64,000 nt of DNA, from the NCBI RefSeq assembly GCF_032444005.1, contig NC_091286.1, positions 621,984,001-622,048,000 on the forward strand. Direction: 5' to 3'. The notes beneath the pieces were generated by a model. The model was not told the origin of the DNA. It saw only the letters and a program-made list of their open reading frames with translations, and made no database searches. Source of the stretch: Ranitomeya imitator (taxonomy: Eukaryota). Shown piece after piece: positions 22,556 to 33,480 of the stretch (the first letter of the stretch is position 1; each line of letters opens with the position of its first letter). Both the position numbers and the translations under genes were made by a program.

Positions 22556-23389
22556 TTTAACAGGGCGGTGATCTCCGCGCTCCAGGCCGCGAACCGGAAG
22601 TGCTTTCACTACTTCCGGTTCAAGCAGGGCCGAGCGCACTTACCCGGAGACGCTGCCGCCGTCGGCCTCCTCACGCTCCTGCGTCCTCCTCACCAAAGGC
22701 CGTGAACGCATTCAGACGAGGGGGGAGGCTGGATACAGTGGCTCCCCCGACGCTGCTACTGACACCGCAGCCCCTGCCGCTCACCAGGAGACCGAACAGG
22801 CGGGTGCATGGGTCAGGTATGATGGAGGTGCTCCAACCACCTCGTGCTGCAGGTTATCCAGGGATTTCCGATAGGAACAGGAAACCAACTGAGGAGGAGA
22901 GGGGGGACCGCCCTTTTATCTCTGTAGGTTTCTTGTTCCTATGGGCGGATCCCTCTCATTGTGGGTGCTGTCGTGGCGAAGGGTAAAATGAACCACAATT
23001 TGTTGTGCAATATCTCATGAGTAATATCTCAATGCGGTCAGAAACTCTTTGTTGAGCACACGGCAGGGCTTGGAAGAGAAGGAGAACCATTTGATTTTTT
23101 TTAACGTAAAATTCTCTGGAATAGAATGCAGACATGATGTCACATTTGGAGAGCTGCCAAGGTTCCCAAAACAGCAGAAACCCCCACATGTGACCCAATT
23201 TTGGAAACTACCTAGAATTCTTCTTGAGGTATAGGGAGCATTTTAAACCCACTGGTATTTTACATAATTGTATAAACACTGGGCTGTGAAAATGAAAAGT
23301 TCCATTTTTCCACTGGAATGTTGTTTTAGTCCTAAGTTTTTAAATTTCAAAAGGGCCAATAGGAGAAAATGGACCACAAAATTTGAAAC

Positions 23390-23422
<33 letters not shown>

Positions 23423-23428
23423 TACAGC

Positions 23429-23761
23429 CAGGTACGGACTGGGGCTGAAATTCAGCCCTGGCATTTGAAATCACACAGGCCCATGTTGTCCCCATCACCA
23501 AGCACCAGATGGGATATATTACTAATAATACCCTGGATAGAGGGAAAACAAGATTTACTACAAGACCAATATGTCTCATGATACCCGTAGCCTGCTGGGG
23601 TAAGTGAAGGAGTCAGCGACTTTGTGCTCCGTCACAACTCTTAACAGTATGGGGGTCCTGATAACACAGATTTTGTTAACAATGCTGCAGACAAGGTAGC
23701 CCACAACCAGACAGGCCCTTCTGGCATTTGCCAGAATTGCCAAATGGCCAGCCCGGCCCTG
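23429..23761. mobile_element. hAT-type MITE
   Basis: CAGGTACGGACTGG...CCAGCCCGGCCCTG; perfect 8-bp TSD AGTACAGC. Confidence 0.88.
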
Positions 23762-24399
23762 AGTACAGCAATGTTCCAAACTACTTTTTAGGTACAGTGC
23801 AAAGCTCAGAATGGTAGAGCACCATATTGGAGTGCAGATTTGTCTGGAATGGTTTGCTGGTGCCATGTCACATTGGCCCCTGAGGTCCCAGAAGAGCAGA
23901 ACCCCCCATAAGTGACCCCATTTTAATAAAGTCATCTAGGGTGCAGTGAACATATTGACACCACATGTGTTTCACAAAATTTTATACCATTGAGTAGTGA
24001 AGAAAAGCAATTGCATTTTTAACCCCTTCCCGACCTGTGACACAGCGTATGCGTCATGAAAGTCGGTGCCAATCCGACCTGTGACGCATATGCTGTGTCA
24101 CAGAAAGATCGCGTCCCTGCAGATCGGTTGAAAGGGTTAACTCCCATTTCACCCGATCTGCAGGGACAGGGGGAGTGGTAGTTTAGCCCAGGGGGGGTGG
24201 CTTCACCCCCTCGTGGCTACGATCGCTCTGATTGGCTGTTGAAAGTGAAACTGCCAATCAGAGCGATTTGTAATATTTCACCCATTATAACGGGTGAAAT
24301 ATTACAATCCAGCCATGGCCGATGCTGCAATATCATCGGCCATGGCTGGAAATACTAGTGTGCCCCCACCCCACCCATCGCCCCCCCATCTGGCCGGTA

Positions 24400-24640
24400 C
24401 ACTGCTCCGGCTCCCCTCCATCCAGTGCTCCGCTCCCCCCCGTGCTCTTGTCCGCTCCCCCCATGCTCCAATCACCCCCCCCTGCATTCAGATCCACCCC
24501 CCCGTGCTCCGTTCCACCCCCCCATGCTCCGTTCCAGCCCCCCGTGCTCCGTTCCACGCCCCCCGTGCTCCGTTCCACGCCTGCCGCGCTCCGATTCCCC
24601 CCCGTGCTCCGATCCCCCCCCCGTGCTCCGATCCCCCCCA
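24400..24640 (+). repeat. C-rich ~20-bp minisatellite CCCCCCGTGCTCCGTTCCAC
   Basis: About 10 degenerate units. Confidence 0.8.
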
Positions 24641-24911
24641 TCATACTTACCGATCCAGCCGGGGTCCCGTCCGTCTTCTCCCTGGGCGCCGCCATCTTCC
24701 AAAATGGCGGGCGCATGCGCAGTGCGCCCGCCGAATCTGCCGGCCGGCAGATTCGTTCCAAAGTGCATTTTGATCACTGAGATATTTTTTTTATTTTGAT
24801 CACTGAGATATAATCTAATACATGACACCCCCCCCCCCCCCCTTTGTCACACCCATAGGTAGGGACAATAAAAAAAATAAAGAAAATGTTTTTTTTCCAC
24901 TAATGTTAGAA

Positions 24912-24997
24912 TAGGGTTAGGGTTAGGGTTAGGGCTAGGGTTAGGGGTAGGGGTAGGGCTAGGGTTAGGGCTAGGGCTAGGGTTAGGGTTAGGGCTA
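24912..24997 (+). repeat. Telomere-like (TTAGGG/CTAGGG/GTAGGG)n
   Basis: About 14 hexamers; a degenerate continuation runs 25699-25800 after two MITEs. Confidence 0.9.
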
Positions 24998-25331
24998 GGG
25001 CATGTGCACACGTATTCTGGTCCTCTGCCGATTTTTCCGCTGCGGATTTGATAAATTCACAGTGCTAAACCGCTGCGGATTTACCGCGTTTTTTTCTGCG
25101 CATTTCACTGCGGTTTTACAATTGCGATTTTCTATTTGAGCAGTTGTAAAACCGCTGCGGAATCCGCACAAAGAAGTGACATGCTGCGGAATGTAAACCG
25201 CTGCATTTCCGTGCAGTTTTTCCGCAGCATGTGTACAGCGATTTTTGTTTCCCGTAGGTTTACATTGAACTGTAAACTCATGGGAAACTGCTGCGGATCT
25301 GCAGCGTTTTCCGCAGCGTGTGCACATACCT
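24998..25331. mobile_element. Harbinger-type MITE
   Basis: GGGCATGTGCACACG...CGTGTGCACATACC; related to 6742-7502; TSD imperfect. Confidence 0.75.
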
Positions 25332-25340
25332 TTAGAATTA

Positions 25341-25698
25341 GGCTATGTTCACACGGTGCGGATTTGGCTGCGGATTGGCCGCTGCGGATTCGCAGCAGTA
25401 TTCCATCAGGTTTACAGTACCATGTAAACATATGAAAAACCAAATCCGCTGTGCCCATGGTGCAGAAAATACCGCGCGGAAACGCTGCGTTGTATTTTCC
25501 GCAGCATGTCAATTCTTTGTGCGGATTCCGCGGCTTTTTACACCTGTTCCTCAATAGGAATCCGCAGGTGAAATCCGCACAAAAAACACTGGAAATCCGC
25601 GGAAAATCCGCAGGTAAAACGCAGTGCCTTTTACCCGCGGATTTTTCAAAAATGATGCGGAAATATCTCACACGAATCCGCAACGTGGGCACATAGCC
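25341..25698. mobile_element. Harbinger-type MITE (inverted relative of 6038-6361)
   Basis: GGCTATGTTCACACG...CGTGGGCACATAGCC; TTA TSD at 25338-25340 and 25699-25701. Confidence 0.85.
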
Positions 25699-25864
25699 TT
25701 AGGGTTAGGGTTGGAATTAGGGTTGTGGTTAGGGTTGTGATTAGGGTTATGGCTACAGTTGGGATTAGGGTTAGGGGTGTGGGGGGGTTAGTGTTGGAGG
25801 TAGAATTGAGGGGTTTCCACTGTTTAGGCACATCAGGGGTCTCCAAACGCAACATGGCGCCACC

Positions 25865-28800
25865 TGTTGTGAATTCTGTGGCTGAGTTCACTTCTGTGGT
25901 CACAAGTGGTATTGCAGTCTCTGGGCTTCCTCCCTCAGGTGTTTTGGTGAGCTCGTTGGCTGCCTTGCTATTTAGCTCCACCTGAGTCTGTCTTCCTTGC
26001 TCCTTGTCAATGTTCCAGTGTTGGATCTGAGCTACTGCATCTTTCCTTGGGCCTGCTGCTCTGCTAGATAAGTGCTTCTAGTTTGTTTTCTGTTTTTTCT
26101 GTCCAGCTTGCTATTAACTTTTGCTGGAAGCTCTGAGAAGCAAAGGGGTGCACCGCCGTGCTGTTAGTTCGGCACGGTGGGTCTTTTTGCCCCTTTGCGT
26201 GGTTTTCGTTTTAGGGTTTTTGTAGACTGCATAGTTCTCTTTGCTATCCTCGCTCTGTCTAGAATATCGGGCCTCACTTTGCTGAATCTATTTCATTCCT
26301 ACGTTTGTCTTTTCATCTTGCTAACAGTCATTATATGTGAGGGGCTGCCTATTCCTTTGGGGTATTTCTCTGAGGTAAGTCAGGCTTGTATTTCTATCTT
26401 CAGGCTAGTCAGCTCCTCAGGCAGTGCCGAGTTGCATAGGTAGTTGATAGGCGCAATCCACTGCTGCTTATAGTTGTGTGAGGATAGATCAGGTACTGCA
26501 GTCTACAGAGATTCCACGTCTCAGAGCTCGTCCTATTGTTTTTGGTTATTGCCAGATCTCTGTATGTGCGCTGATTACTGCACGCTGTGTTGCCTGATTG
26601 CCAGCCATAACAGTACAAGGAGCCACACCAATGATTCCCAATAGAGGGAAAAAAGAAATCCTGACATCATTTTTTTTTCTTAGCTCTGTCTTCAGTCTTT
26701 TTTTTCCCCTAGACATTAGAGTGCTTCAGGACACAGCTGTGGACATGGATATTCAGGCTCTGTGCTCCTCAATGGATAATCTCGTTGTAAATGTACAAAA
26801 GATTCAAGATACTATTGATCAGAAATCGATGCTAGAACCAAGAATTCCGATTCCTGATTTGTTTTTTGGTGACAGAACTAAGTTCCTGAGCTTCAGAAAT
26901 AATTGTAAGCTATTTTTGGCCTTGAAACCTCATTCTTCTGGTAATCCTATTCAACAGGTTTTGATTATTATTTCTTTTTTGCGCGGCGACCCACAGGACT
27001 GGGCGTTTTCTCTTGCACCAGGAGATTCTGCATTGAGTAATGTTGATGCATTTTTCCAGGCGCTGGGATTGCTTTACGATGAGCCTAATTCAGTGGATCA
27101 AGCTGAGAAAAATCTGCTGGCTTTATGCCAGGGTCAGGATGATGTAGAAGTATATTGTCAGAAATTTAGGAAATGGTCAGTACTCACTCTGTGGAATGAA
27201 TCTGCACTAGCGGCTTTGTTCAGAAAGGGTCTCTCTGAAGCTCTTAAGGATGTAATGGTGGGATTTCCTATGCCTGCTGGTTTGAATGAGTCTATGTCCT
27301 TGGCCATTCAGATCGGTCGTCGCTTGCGCGAGCGTAAATCTGTGCACCATCTGGCGGTATTGTCTGAGAGTAAGCCTGAGCCTATGCAGTGCGACAGGAC
27401 TATGACTAAAGTAGAACGGCACGAACACAGACGTCTGAACAGACTGTGTTTCTATTGTGGTGATTCTACTCATGCTATTTCTAATTGTCCTAAACGCACT
27501 AGGCGGTTCGATAGCTCTGCCGTTATTGGTACTGTACAGTCCAAATTCCTTTTGTCCATTACCTTAATGTGCTCTTTGTCATCATATTCTGTCATGGCGT
27601 TTGTGGATTCAGGCGCTGCCCTGAATCTGATGGATTTGGATTATGCTAAACGTTGTGGATTTTTCTTGGAGCCTTTGCGGTGTCCTATTCCGTTGAGAGG
27701 AATTGATGCTACACCTTTGGCCAAGAATAAGCCTCAGTACTGGGCCCAGCTGACCATGTGCATGGCTCCTGCACATCAGGAAGTTATTCGCTTTTTGGTA
27801 CTGCATAATTTGCATGATGTGGTCGTGTTGGGGTTGCCATGGCTACAAACCCATAATCCAGTATTGGATTGGAACTCTATGTCGGTAACCAGCTGGGGTT
27901 GTCAGGGAGTACATGGTGATGTTCCATTTTTGTCTATTTCGTCATCCATTCCTTCTGACATCCCAGAGTTCTTGTCGGACTTTCAGGATGTATTTGAAGA
28001 GTCCAAGTCTGATGCCCTACCTCCGCATAGGAATTGTGATTGTGCTATCGATTTGATTCCTGGTAGTAAATTCCCTAAGGGTCGTTTATTTAATTTGTCC
28101 GTACCTGAACACACCGCTATGCGCAGTTATGTGAAGGAGTCCCTGGAGAAGGGACATATTCGCCCATCGTCGTCACCATTGGGATCAGGGTTCTTTTTTG
28201 TAGCCAAGAAGGATGGTTCGCTAAGACCGTGTATTGATTACCGCCTTCTTAATAAGATCACTGTTAAGTTTCAGTATCCCTTGCCATTGATTTCTGACTT
28301 GTTTGCTCGGATTAAGGGGGCTAGTTGGTTTACTAAGATTGATCTTCGTGGTGCGTATAATCTGGTGAGAATCAGGCAGGGAGATGAATGGAAAACGGCA
28401 TTTAATACGCCCGAGGGTCATTTTGAGTATCTGGTGATGCCGTTCGGACTTGCCAATGCTCCATCTGTTTTTCAGTCTTTTATGCATGACATTTTCCGTG
28501 AGTATCTGGATAAATTCTTGATTGTTTACTTGGATGACATTTTGATCTTCTCAGATGATTGGGAGTCTCATGTGAAGCAAGTCAGAATGGTTTTCCAGGT
28601 ACTGCGTGCTAATTCCTTGTTCGTGAAGGGATCAAAGTGTCTCTTCGGTGTGCAGAAAGTTTCATTTTTGGGGTTCATCTTTTCCCCTTCTACTATCGAG
28701 ATGGATCCGGTTAAGGTTCAGGCCATCCAGGATTGGACTCAGCCGACATCTCTAAAAAGTCTGCAGAAATTCCTGGGCTTTGCTAATTTTTATCGTCGCT

Positions 28801-31553
28801 TCATCTGTAATTTTTCTAGCATTGCCAGACCATTGACCGATTTGACCAAGAAGGGTGCTGATTTGGTTAATTGGTCTTCTGCTGCCGTGGAAGCTTTTCT
28901 GGAGTTGAAGCGTCGTTTTTGCTGTGCCCCTGTGTTGTGTCAACCTGATGTTTCTCTTCCGTTCCAGGTCGAGGTTGATGCTTCTGAGATTGGTGCAGGG
29001 GCGGTTTTGTCACAGAGAGGTTCTGGTTGCTCAGTGTTCAAACCATGTGCTTTCTTTTCCAGGAAATTTTCTGCTGCTGAGCGTAATTATGATGTGGGCA
29101 ACCGAGAGTTGCTGGCCATGAAGTGGGCATTCGAGGAGTGGCGTCATTGGCTTGAGGGTGCTAAGCATCGCGTGGTGGTTTTGACTGATCATAAGAACCT
29201 TACTTATCTTGAGTCTGCCAAGCGCTTGAATCCTAGACAGGCCCGTTGGTCGTTATTTTTTGCTCGTTTTGATTTTGTGATTTCATACCTTCCGGGCTCT
29301 AAAAATGTGAAGGCGGATGCTCTGTCTAGGAGTTTTGTGCCCGACTCTCCGGGGTTATCTGAGCCGGCGAGTATCCTCAAGGAAGGAGTCATTGTGTCTG
29401 CCATCTCCCCTGATTTGCGGAGAGTGTTGCAGAAATTTCAGGCTAATAAACCTGATCGTTGTCCGGCCGAGAAACTGTTCGTCCCTGATAGGTGGACTAG
29501 TAAAGTTATCTCTGAACTTCATTGTTCGGTGCTGGCCGGTCATCCAGGAATCTTTGGTACCAGGGAGTTGGTTGCTAGATCCTTCTGGTGGCCATCTCTG
29601 TCACGGGATGTGCGTGCTTTTGTGCAGTCCTGTGGAATTTGTGCTAGGGCTAAGCCCTGCTGTTCACGTGCCAGTGGGTTGCTTTTGCCCTTGCCGGTCC
29701 CGAAGAGGCCTTGGACACATATTTCGATGGATTTCATTTCTGACCTTCCCGTTTCTCAAAAAATGTCGGTCATTTGGGTGGTCTGTGATCGCTTTTCTAA
29801 AATGGTCCATCTGGTGCCCTTGGTTAAATTGCCTTCCTCCTCTGATTTGGTGCCTTTGTTCTTCCAGCATGTGGTTCGTTTACATGGCATTCCTGAGAAT
29901 ATTGTTTCTGACAGAGGTTCCCAGTTTGTCTCGAGGTTCTGGCGAGCCTTTTGTGGTAGGATGGGCATTGACCTATCTTTTTCCTCGGCCTTCCATCCTC
30001 AGACTAATGGCCAGACCGAACGAACCAATCAGACCTTGGAAACATATCTGAGATGTTTTGTTTCTGCAGACCAGGATGATTGGGTGTCATTTTTGCCGTT
30101 GGCTGAGTTCGCCCTTAATAATCGGGCCAGCTCGGCTACCTTGGTCTCTCCATTTTTCTGCAATTCTGGGTTCCATCCTCGTTTCTCTTCAGGACAGGTT
30201 GAGTCTTCGGACTGTCCTGGTGTGGATTATGTGGTGGACAGGTTGCAGCAGATCTGGACTCAGGTAGTGGACAATTTGACCTTGTCCCAGGAGAAGGCTC
30301 AGCTTTTCGCTAATCGCAGACGCCGTGTGGGACCCCGACTTCGTGTTGGGGATCTGGTTTGGTTATCTTCTCGTCATATTCCTATGAAGGTTTCCTCTCC
30401 TAAATTTAAACCTCGTTTTATTGGTCCGTATAGGATTTCTGAGATTCTCAATCCGGTGTCTTTTCGTCTGACCCTCCCAGACTCCTTTTCCATACATAAT
30501 GTATTCCATAGGTCGTTGTTGAGGAGATACGTGGCACCTATGGTTCCATCTGTGGAGCCTCCTGCCCCTGTTTTGGTGGAGGGGGAATTGGAGTATATTG
30601 TGGAGAAGATTTTGGATTCTCGTGTCTCTAGACGGAAACTCCAGTATCTGGTCAAATGGAAGGGTTATGCTCAGGAAGATAATTCCTGGGTTTTTGCCTC
30701 TGATGTCCATGCCCCAGATCTTGTTCGTGCCTTTCATGTGGCTCATCCTGGTCGGCCTGGGGGTTCTGGTGAGGGTTCGGTGACCCCTCCTCAAGGGGGG
30801 GGTACTGTTGTGAATTCTGTGGCTGAGTTCACTTCTGTGGTCACAAGTGGTATTGCAGTCTCTGGGCTTCCTCCCTCAGGTGTTTTGGTGAGCTCGTTGG
30901 CTGCCTTGCTATTTAGCTCCACCTGAGTCTGTCTTCCTTGCTCCTTGTCAATGTTCCAGTGTTGGATCTGAGCTACTGCATCTTTCCTTGGGCCTGCTGC
31001 TCTGCTAGATAAGTGCTTCTAGTTTGTTTTCTGTTTTTTCTGTCCAGCTTGCTATTAACTTTTGCTGGAAGCTCTGAGAAGCAAAGGGGTGCACCGCCGT
31101 GCTGTTAGTTCGGCACGGTGGGTCTTTTTGCCCCTTTGCGTGGTTTTCGTTTTAGGGTTTTTGTAGACTGCATAGTTCTCTTTGCTATCCTCGCTCTGTC
31201 TAGAATATCGGGCCTCACTTTGCTGAATCTATTTCATTCCTACGTTTGTCTTTTCATCTTGCTAACAGTCATTATATGTGAGGGGCTGCCTATTCCTTTG
31301 GGGTATTTCTCTGAGGTAAGTCAGGCTTGTATTTCTATCTTCAGGCTAGTCAGCTCCTCAGGCAGTGCCGAGTTGCATAGGTAGTTGATAGGCGCAATCC
31401 ACTGCTGCTTATAGTTGTGTGAGGATAGATCAGGTACTGCAGTCTACAGAGATTCCACGTCTCAGAGCTCGTCCTATTGTTTTTGGTTATTGCCAGATCT
31501 CTGTATGTGCGCTGATTACTGCACGCTGTGTTGCCCGATTGCCTGCCATAACA
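25865..31553 (+). mobile_element. Full-length Ty3/Gypsy chromovirus (Tf1/sushi-like) LTR retrotransposon
   Basis: 748-bp LTRs (25865-26612, 30806-31553) with TG...CA ends; GCCACC on both flanks; PPT AAGGGGGGGG before the 3' LTR; single gag-pol ORF. Confidence 0.97.
26745..30926 (+). CDS. Gag-Pol polyprotein (gag, CCHC knuckle, protease, RT, RNase H, integrase, chromodomain), about 1393 aa
   Basis: CFYCGDSTHAISNC, FVDSGA, LRPCIDYR, MPFGL, YLDD, VDAS, H..H..CGIC, ISMDF/SDRG/GQTER, YIVEKILDSR...YLVKWKGY; first ATG at 26745; no stops; runs into the 3' LTR. Confidence 0.95.
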   Translation: MDIQALCSSMDNLVVNVQKIQDTIDQKSMLEPRIPIPDLFFGDRTKFLSFRNNCKLFLALKPHSSGNPIQQVLIIISFLRGDPQDWAFSLAPGDSALSNVDAFFQALGLLYDEPNSVDQAEKNLLALCQGQDDVEVYCQKFRKWSVLTLWNESALAALFRKGLSEALKDVMVGFPMPAGLNESMSLAIQIGRRLRERKSVHHLAVLSESKPEPMQCDRTMTKVERHEHRRLNRLCFYCGDSTHAISNCPKRTRRFDSSAVIGTVQSKFLLSITLMCSLSSYSVMAFVDSGAALNLMDLDYAKRCGFFLEPLRCPIPLRGIDATPLAKNKPQYWAQLTMCMAPAHQEVIRFLVLHNLHDVVVLGLPWLQTHNPVLDWNSMSVTSWGCQGVHGDVPFLSISSSIPSDIPEFLSDFQDVFEESKSDALPPHRNCDCAIDLIPGSKFPKGRLFNLSVPEHTAMRSYVKESLEKGHIRPSSSPLGSGFFFVAKKDGSLRPCIDYRLLNKITVKFQYPLPLISDLFARIKGASWFTKIDLRGAYNLVRIRQGDEWKTAFNTPEGHFEYLVMPFGLANAPSVFQSFMHDIFREYLDKFLIVYLDDILIFSDDWESHVKQVRMVFQVLRANSLFVKGSKCLFGVQKVSFLGFIFSPSTIEMDPVKVQAIQDWTQPTSLKSLQKFLGFANFYRRFICNFSSIARPLTDLTKKGADLVNWSSAAVEAFLELKRRFCCAPVLCQPDVSLPFQVEVDASEIGAGAVLSQRGSGCSVFKPCAFFSRKFSAAERNYDVGNRELLAMKWAFEEWRHWLEGAKHRVVVLTDHKNLTYLESAKRLNPRQARWSLFFARFDFVISYLPGSKNVKADALSRSFVPDSPGLSEPASILKEGVIVSAISPDLRRVLQKFQANKPDRCPAEKLFVPDRWTSKVISELHCSVLAGHPGIFGTRELVARSFWWPSLSRDVRAFVQSCGICARAKPCCSRASGLLLPLPVPKRPWTHISMDFISDLPVSQKMSVIWVVCDRFSKMVHLVPLVKLPSSSDLVPLFFQHVVRLHGIPENIVSDRGSQFVSRFWRAFCGRMGIDLSFSSAFHPQTNGQTERTNQTLETYLRCFVSADQDDWVSFLPLAEFALNNRASSATLVSPFFCNSGFHPRFSSGQVESSDCPGVDYVVDRLQQIWTQVVDNLTLSQEKAQLFANRRRRVGPRLRVGDLVWLSSRHIPMKVSSPKFKPRFIGPYRISEILNPVSFRLTLPDSFSIHNVFHRSLLRRYVAPMVPSVEPPAPVLVEGELEYIVEKILDSRVSRRKLQYLVKWKGYAQEDNSWVFASDVHAPDLVRAFHVAHPGRPGGSGEGSVTPPQGGGTVVNSVAEFTSVVTSGIAVSGLPPSGVLVSSLAALLFSST

Positions 31554-31559
31554 GCCACC

Positions 31560-33480
31560 ATTGATTCCAGCCAATCTCGTATTCAAAAAGTCAAATGGTG
31601 CTCCCTCACTTCCGAGCCCTGAAGTGTGCCCAAACAGTGGTTTACCCCCACATATGGGGTATCAGTGTACTCAGGATAAACTGCGCAACAATTATTGGGG
31701 TCCAATTTCTCCTGTTACCCTTGTGAATCTAAAAAAAATGCTTGCTAAAACATCATTTTTGAGGAAAGAAAAATGATTTTTTATTTTCACGGCTCTGCGT
31801 TGTAAACGTCTGTGAAGCACTTGGGGGTTCAAAGTGCTCACCACACATCTAGATAAGTTCCTTTGGGGGTCTAGTTTCCAAAATGGGGTCACTTGTGGGG
31901 GGTTTCTACTGTTAAGCCACATCAGGGGCTCTGCAAACGCAACGTGACGCCCACAGAGCATTCCATCAAAGTCTGCATTTCAAAATGTCACTACTTCACT
32001 TCCGAGCCTCGGCATGTGCCCAAACAGTGATTTACCCCCACATACGGGGTATCAGCGTACTCAGGAGAAACTGGACAACAACTTTTGGGGTCAAATTTCT
32101 CTTGTTACCCTTGGGAAAATAAAAAAATTGCAGGCTAAAAGATCATTTTTGAGAAAAAAAATTTTTTTATTTTCATGGCTCTGCGTTATAAACTTCTGTG
32201 AAGCACTTGGGGGTTCAAAGTCCTCACCACACATCTAGATTAGTTCCTTTGGGGGTCTAGTTTCCAAAATTGGGTCATTTCTGGGGGATCTCCAATGTTT
32301 AGGCACACAGGGGCTCTCCAAACGTGACATGGTGTCCGCTAATGATTGGAGCCAATTTTCCATTTAAAAAGCCAAATGGCATGCCATCCCTTCCGAGCCC
32401 TGCCGTGCGCCCAAACAGTGGTTTACCCCCACATATGGGGTATCAGCGTACTCAGGACAAACTGGACAACAATATTTGGGGTCCAATTTCTCCTATTATC
32501 CTTGGCAAAATAGGAAATTCCAGGCTAAAAAATCATTTTTGAGGAAAGACAAATTATTTTTTATTTTCATGGCTCTGCGTTATAAACTTCTGTGAAGCAC
32601 CTGGGGGTTTAAAATGCTCAATATGCATCTAGATAAGTTCCTTGGGGGGTCTAGTTTCCAAAATGGGGTCACTTGTGGGGGAGCTCCAATGTTTAGGCAC
32701 ACAGGGGCTCTCCAAACGCGACATGGTGTCCGCTAACAATTGGAGCTAATTTTCCATTCAAAAAGTCAAATGGCGCGCCTTCCCTTCCGAGCCCTGCCGA
32801 GTGCCCAAACAGTGGTTTACCCCCACATATGAGGTATCGGCGTACTCGGGAGAAATTGCCCAACAAATTTTATGATCCATTTTATCCTACTGCCCATGTG
32901 AAAATGAAAAAATTGAGGTGAAAAGAATTTTTTTGTGAAAAAAAAAGTACTTTTTCATTTTTACAGATCAATTTGTGAAGCATCTGAGGGTTTAAAGTGC
33001 TCACTAGGCATCTAAATAAGTTCCTTGGGGGGTCTAGTTTCCAAAATGGGGTCACTTGTGGGGGAGCGCCAATGTTTAGGCACACAGGAGCTATCCAAAC
33101 GCGACATGGTGTCCGCTAACGATGGAAATAATTTTTCATTCAAAAAGTCAAATGGCGCCCTTCCGAGCCTTACCATGTGCCCAAACAGTGGTTTACCCCC
33201 ACATATGAGGTATCAGCGTACTCAGGACAAATTGGACAACAACTTCCGTGGTTCAGTTTCTCCTTTTACCATTGGGAAAATAAAAAAATTGTTGCTAAAA
33301 GATAATTTTTGTGACTAAAAAGTTAAATGTTCATTTTTTCCTTCCATGTTGCTTCTGCTGCTGTGAAGCACCTGAAGGGTTAATAAACTTCTTGAATGTG
33401 GTTTTGAGTACCTTGAGGGGTGCAGTTTTTAGAATGGTGTCACTTTTGGGTATTTTTAGCCATATAGACACCTCAAACTG
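31560..33480 (+). repeat. Internal tandem array of ~383-394-bp units (about 5 copies)
   Basis: The motif CTAGTTTCCAAAAT recurs at 31871, 32257, 32651 and 33034. Confidence 0.85.

Larger units (their letters stand above)
14421..22988 (-). mobile_element. DIRS1-type tyrosine-recombinase retrotransposon (decayed)
   Basis: Non-identical inverted terminal repeats (about 14421-14550 and 22887-22988), internal complementary region, ORF1, RT-RNase H-MT and YR on the minus strand; no TSD, with A-run junctions. Confidence 0.95.

Noticed and set aside
24294-24828. Pro-rich and Gly-rich ORFs
   Set aside because: Translations of the C-rich minisatellite.
24912-25800. Chromosome end or fusion scar
   Set aside because: Short, degenerate, not head-to-head, and present at the same position in a second element copy.
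26598-26744. TTG start for the 1442-aa Gypsy ORF
   Set aside because: Begins inside U5 and the PBS; the first ATG at 26745 precedes the gag homology.
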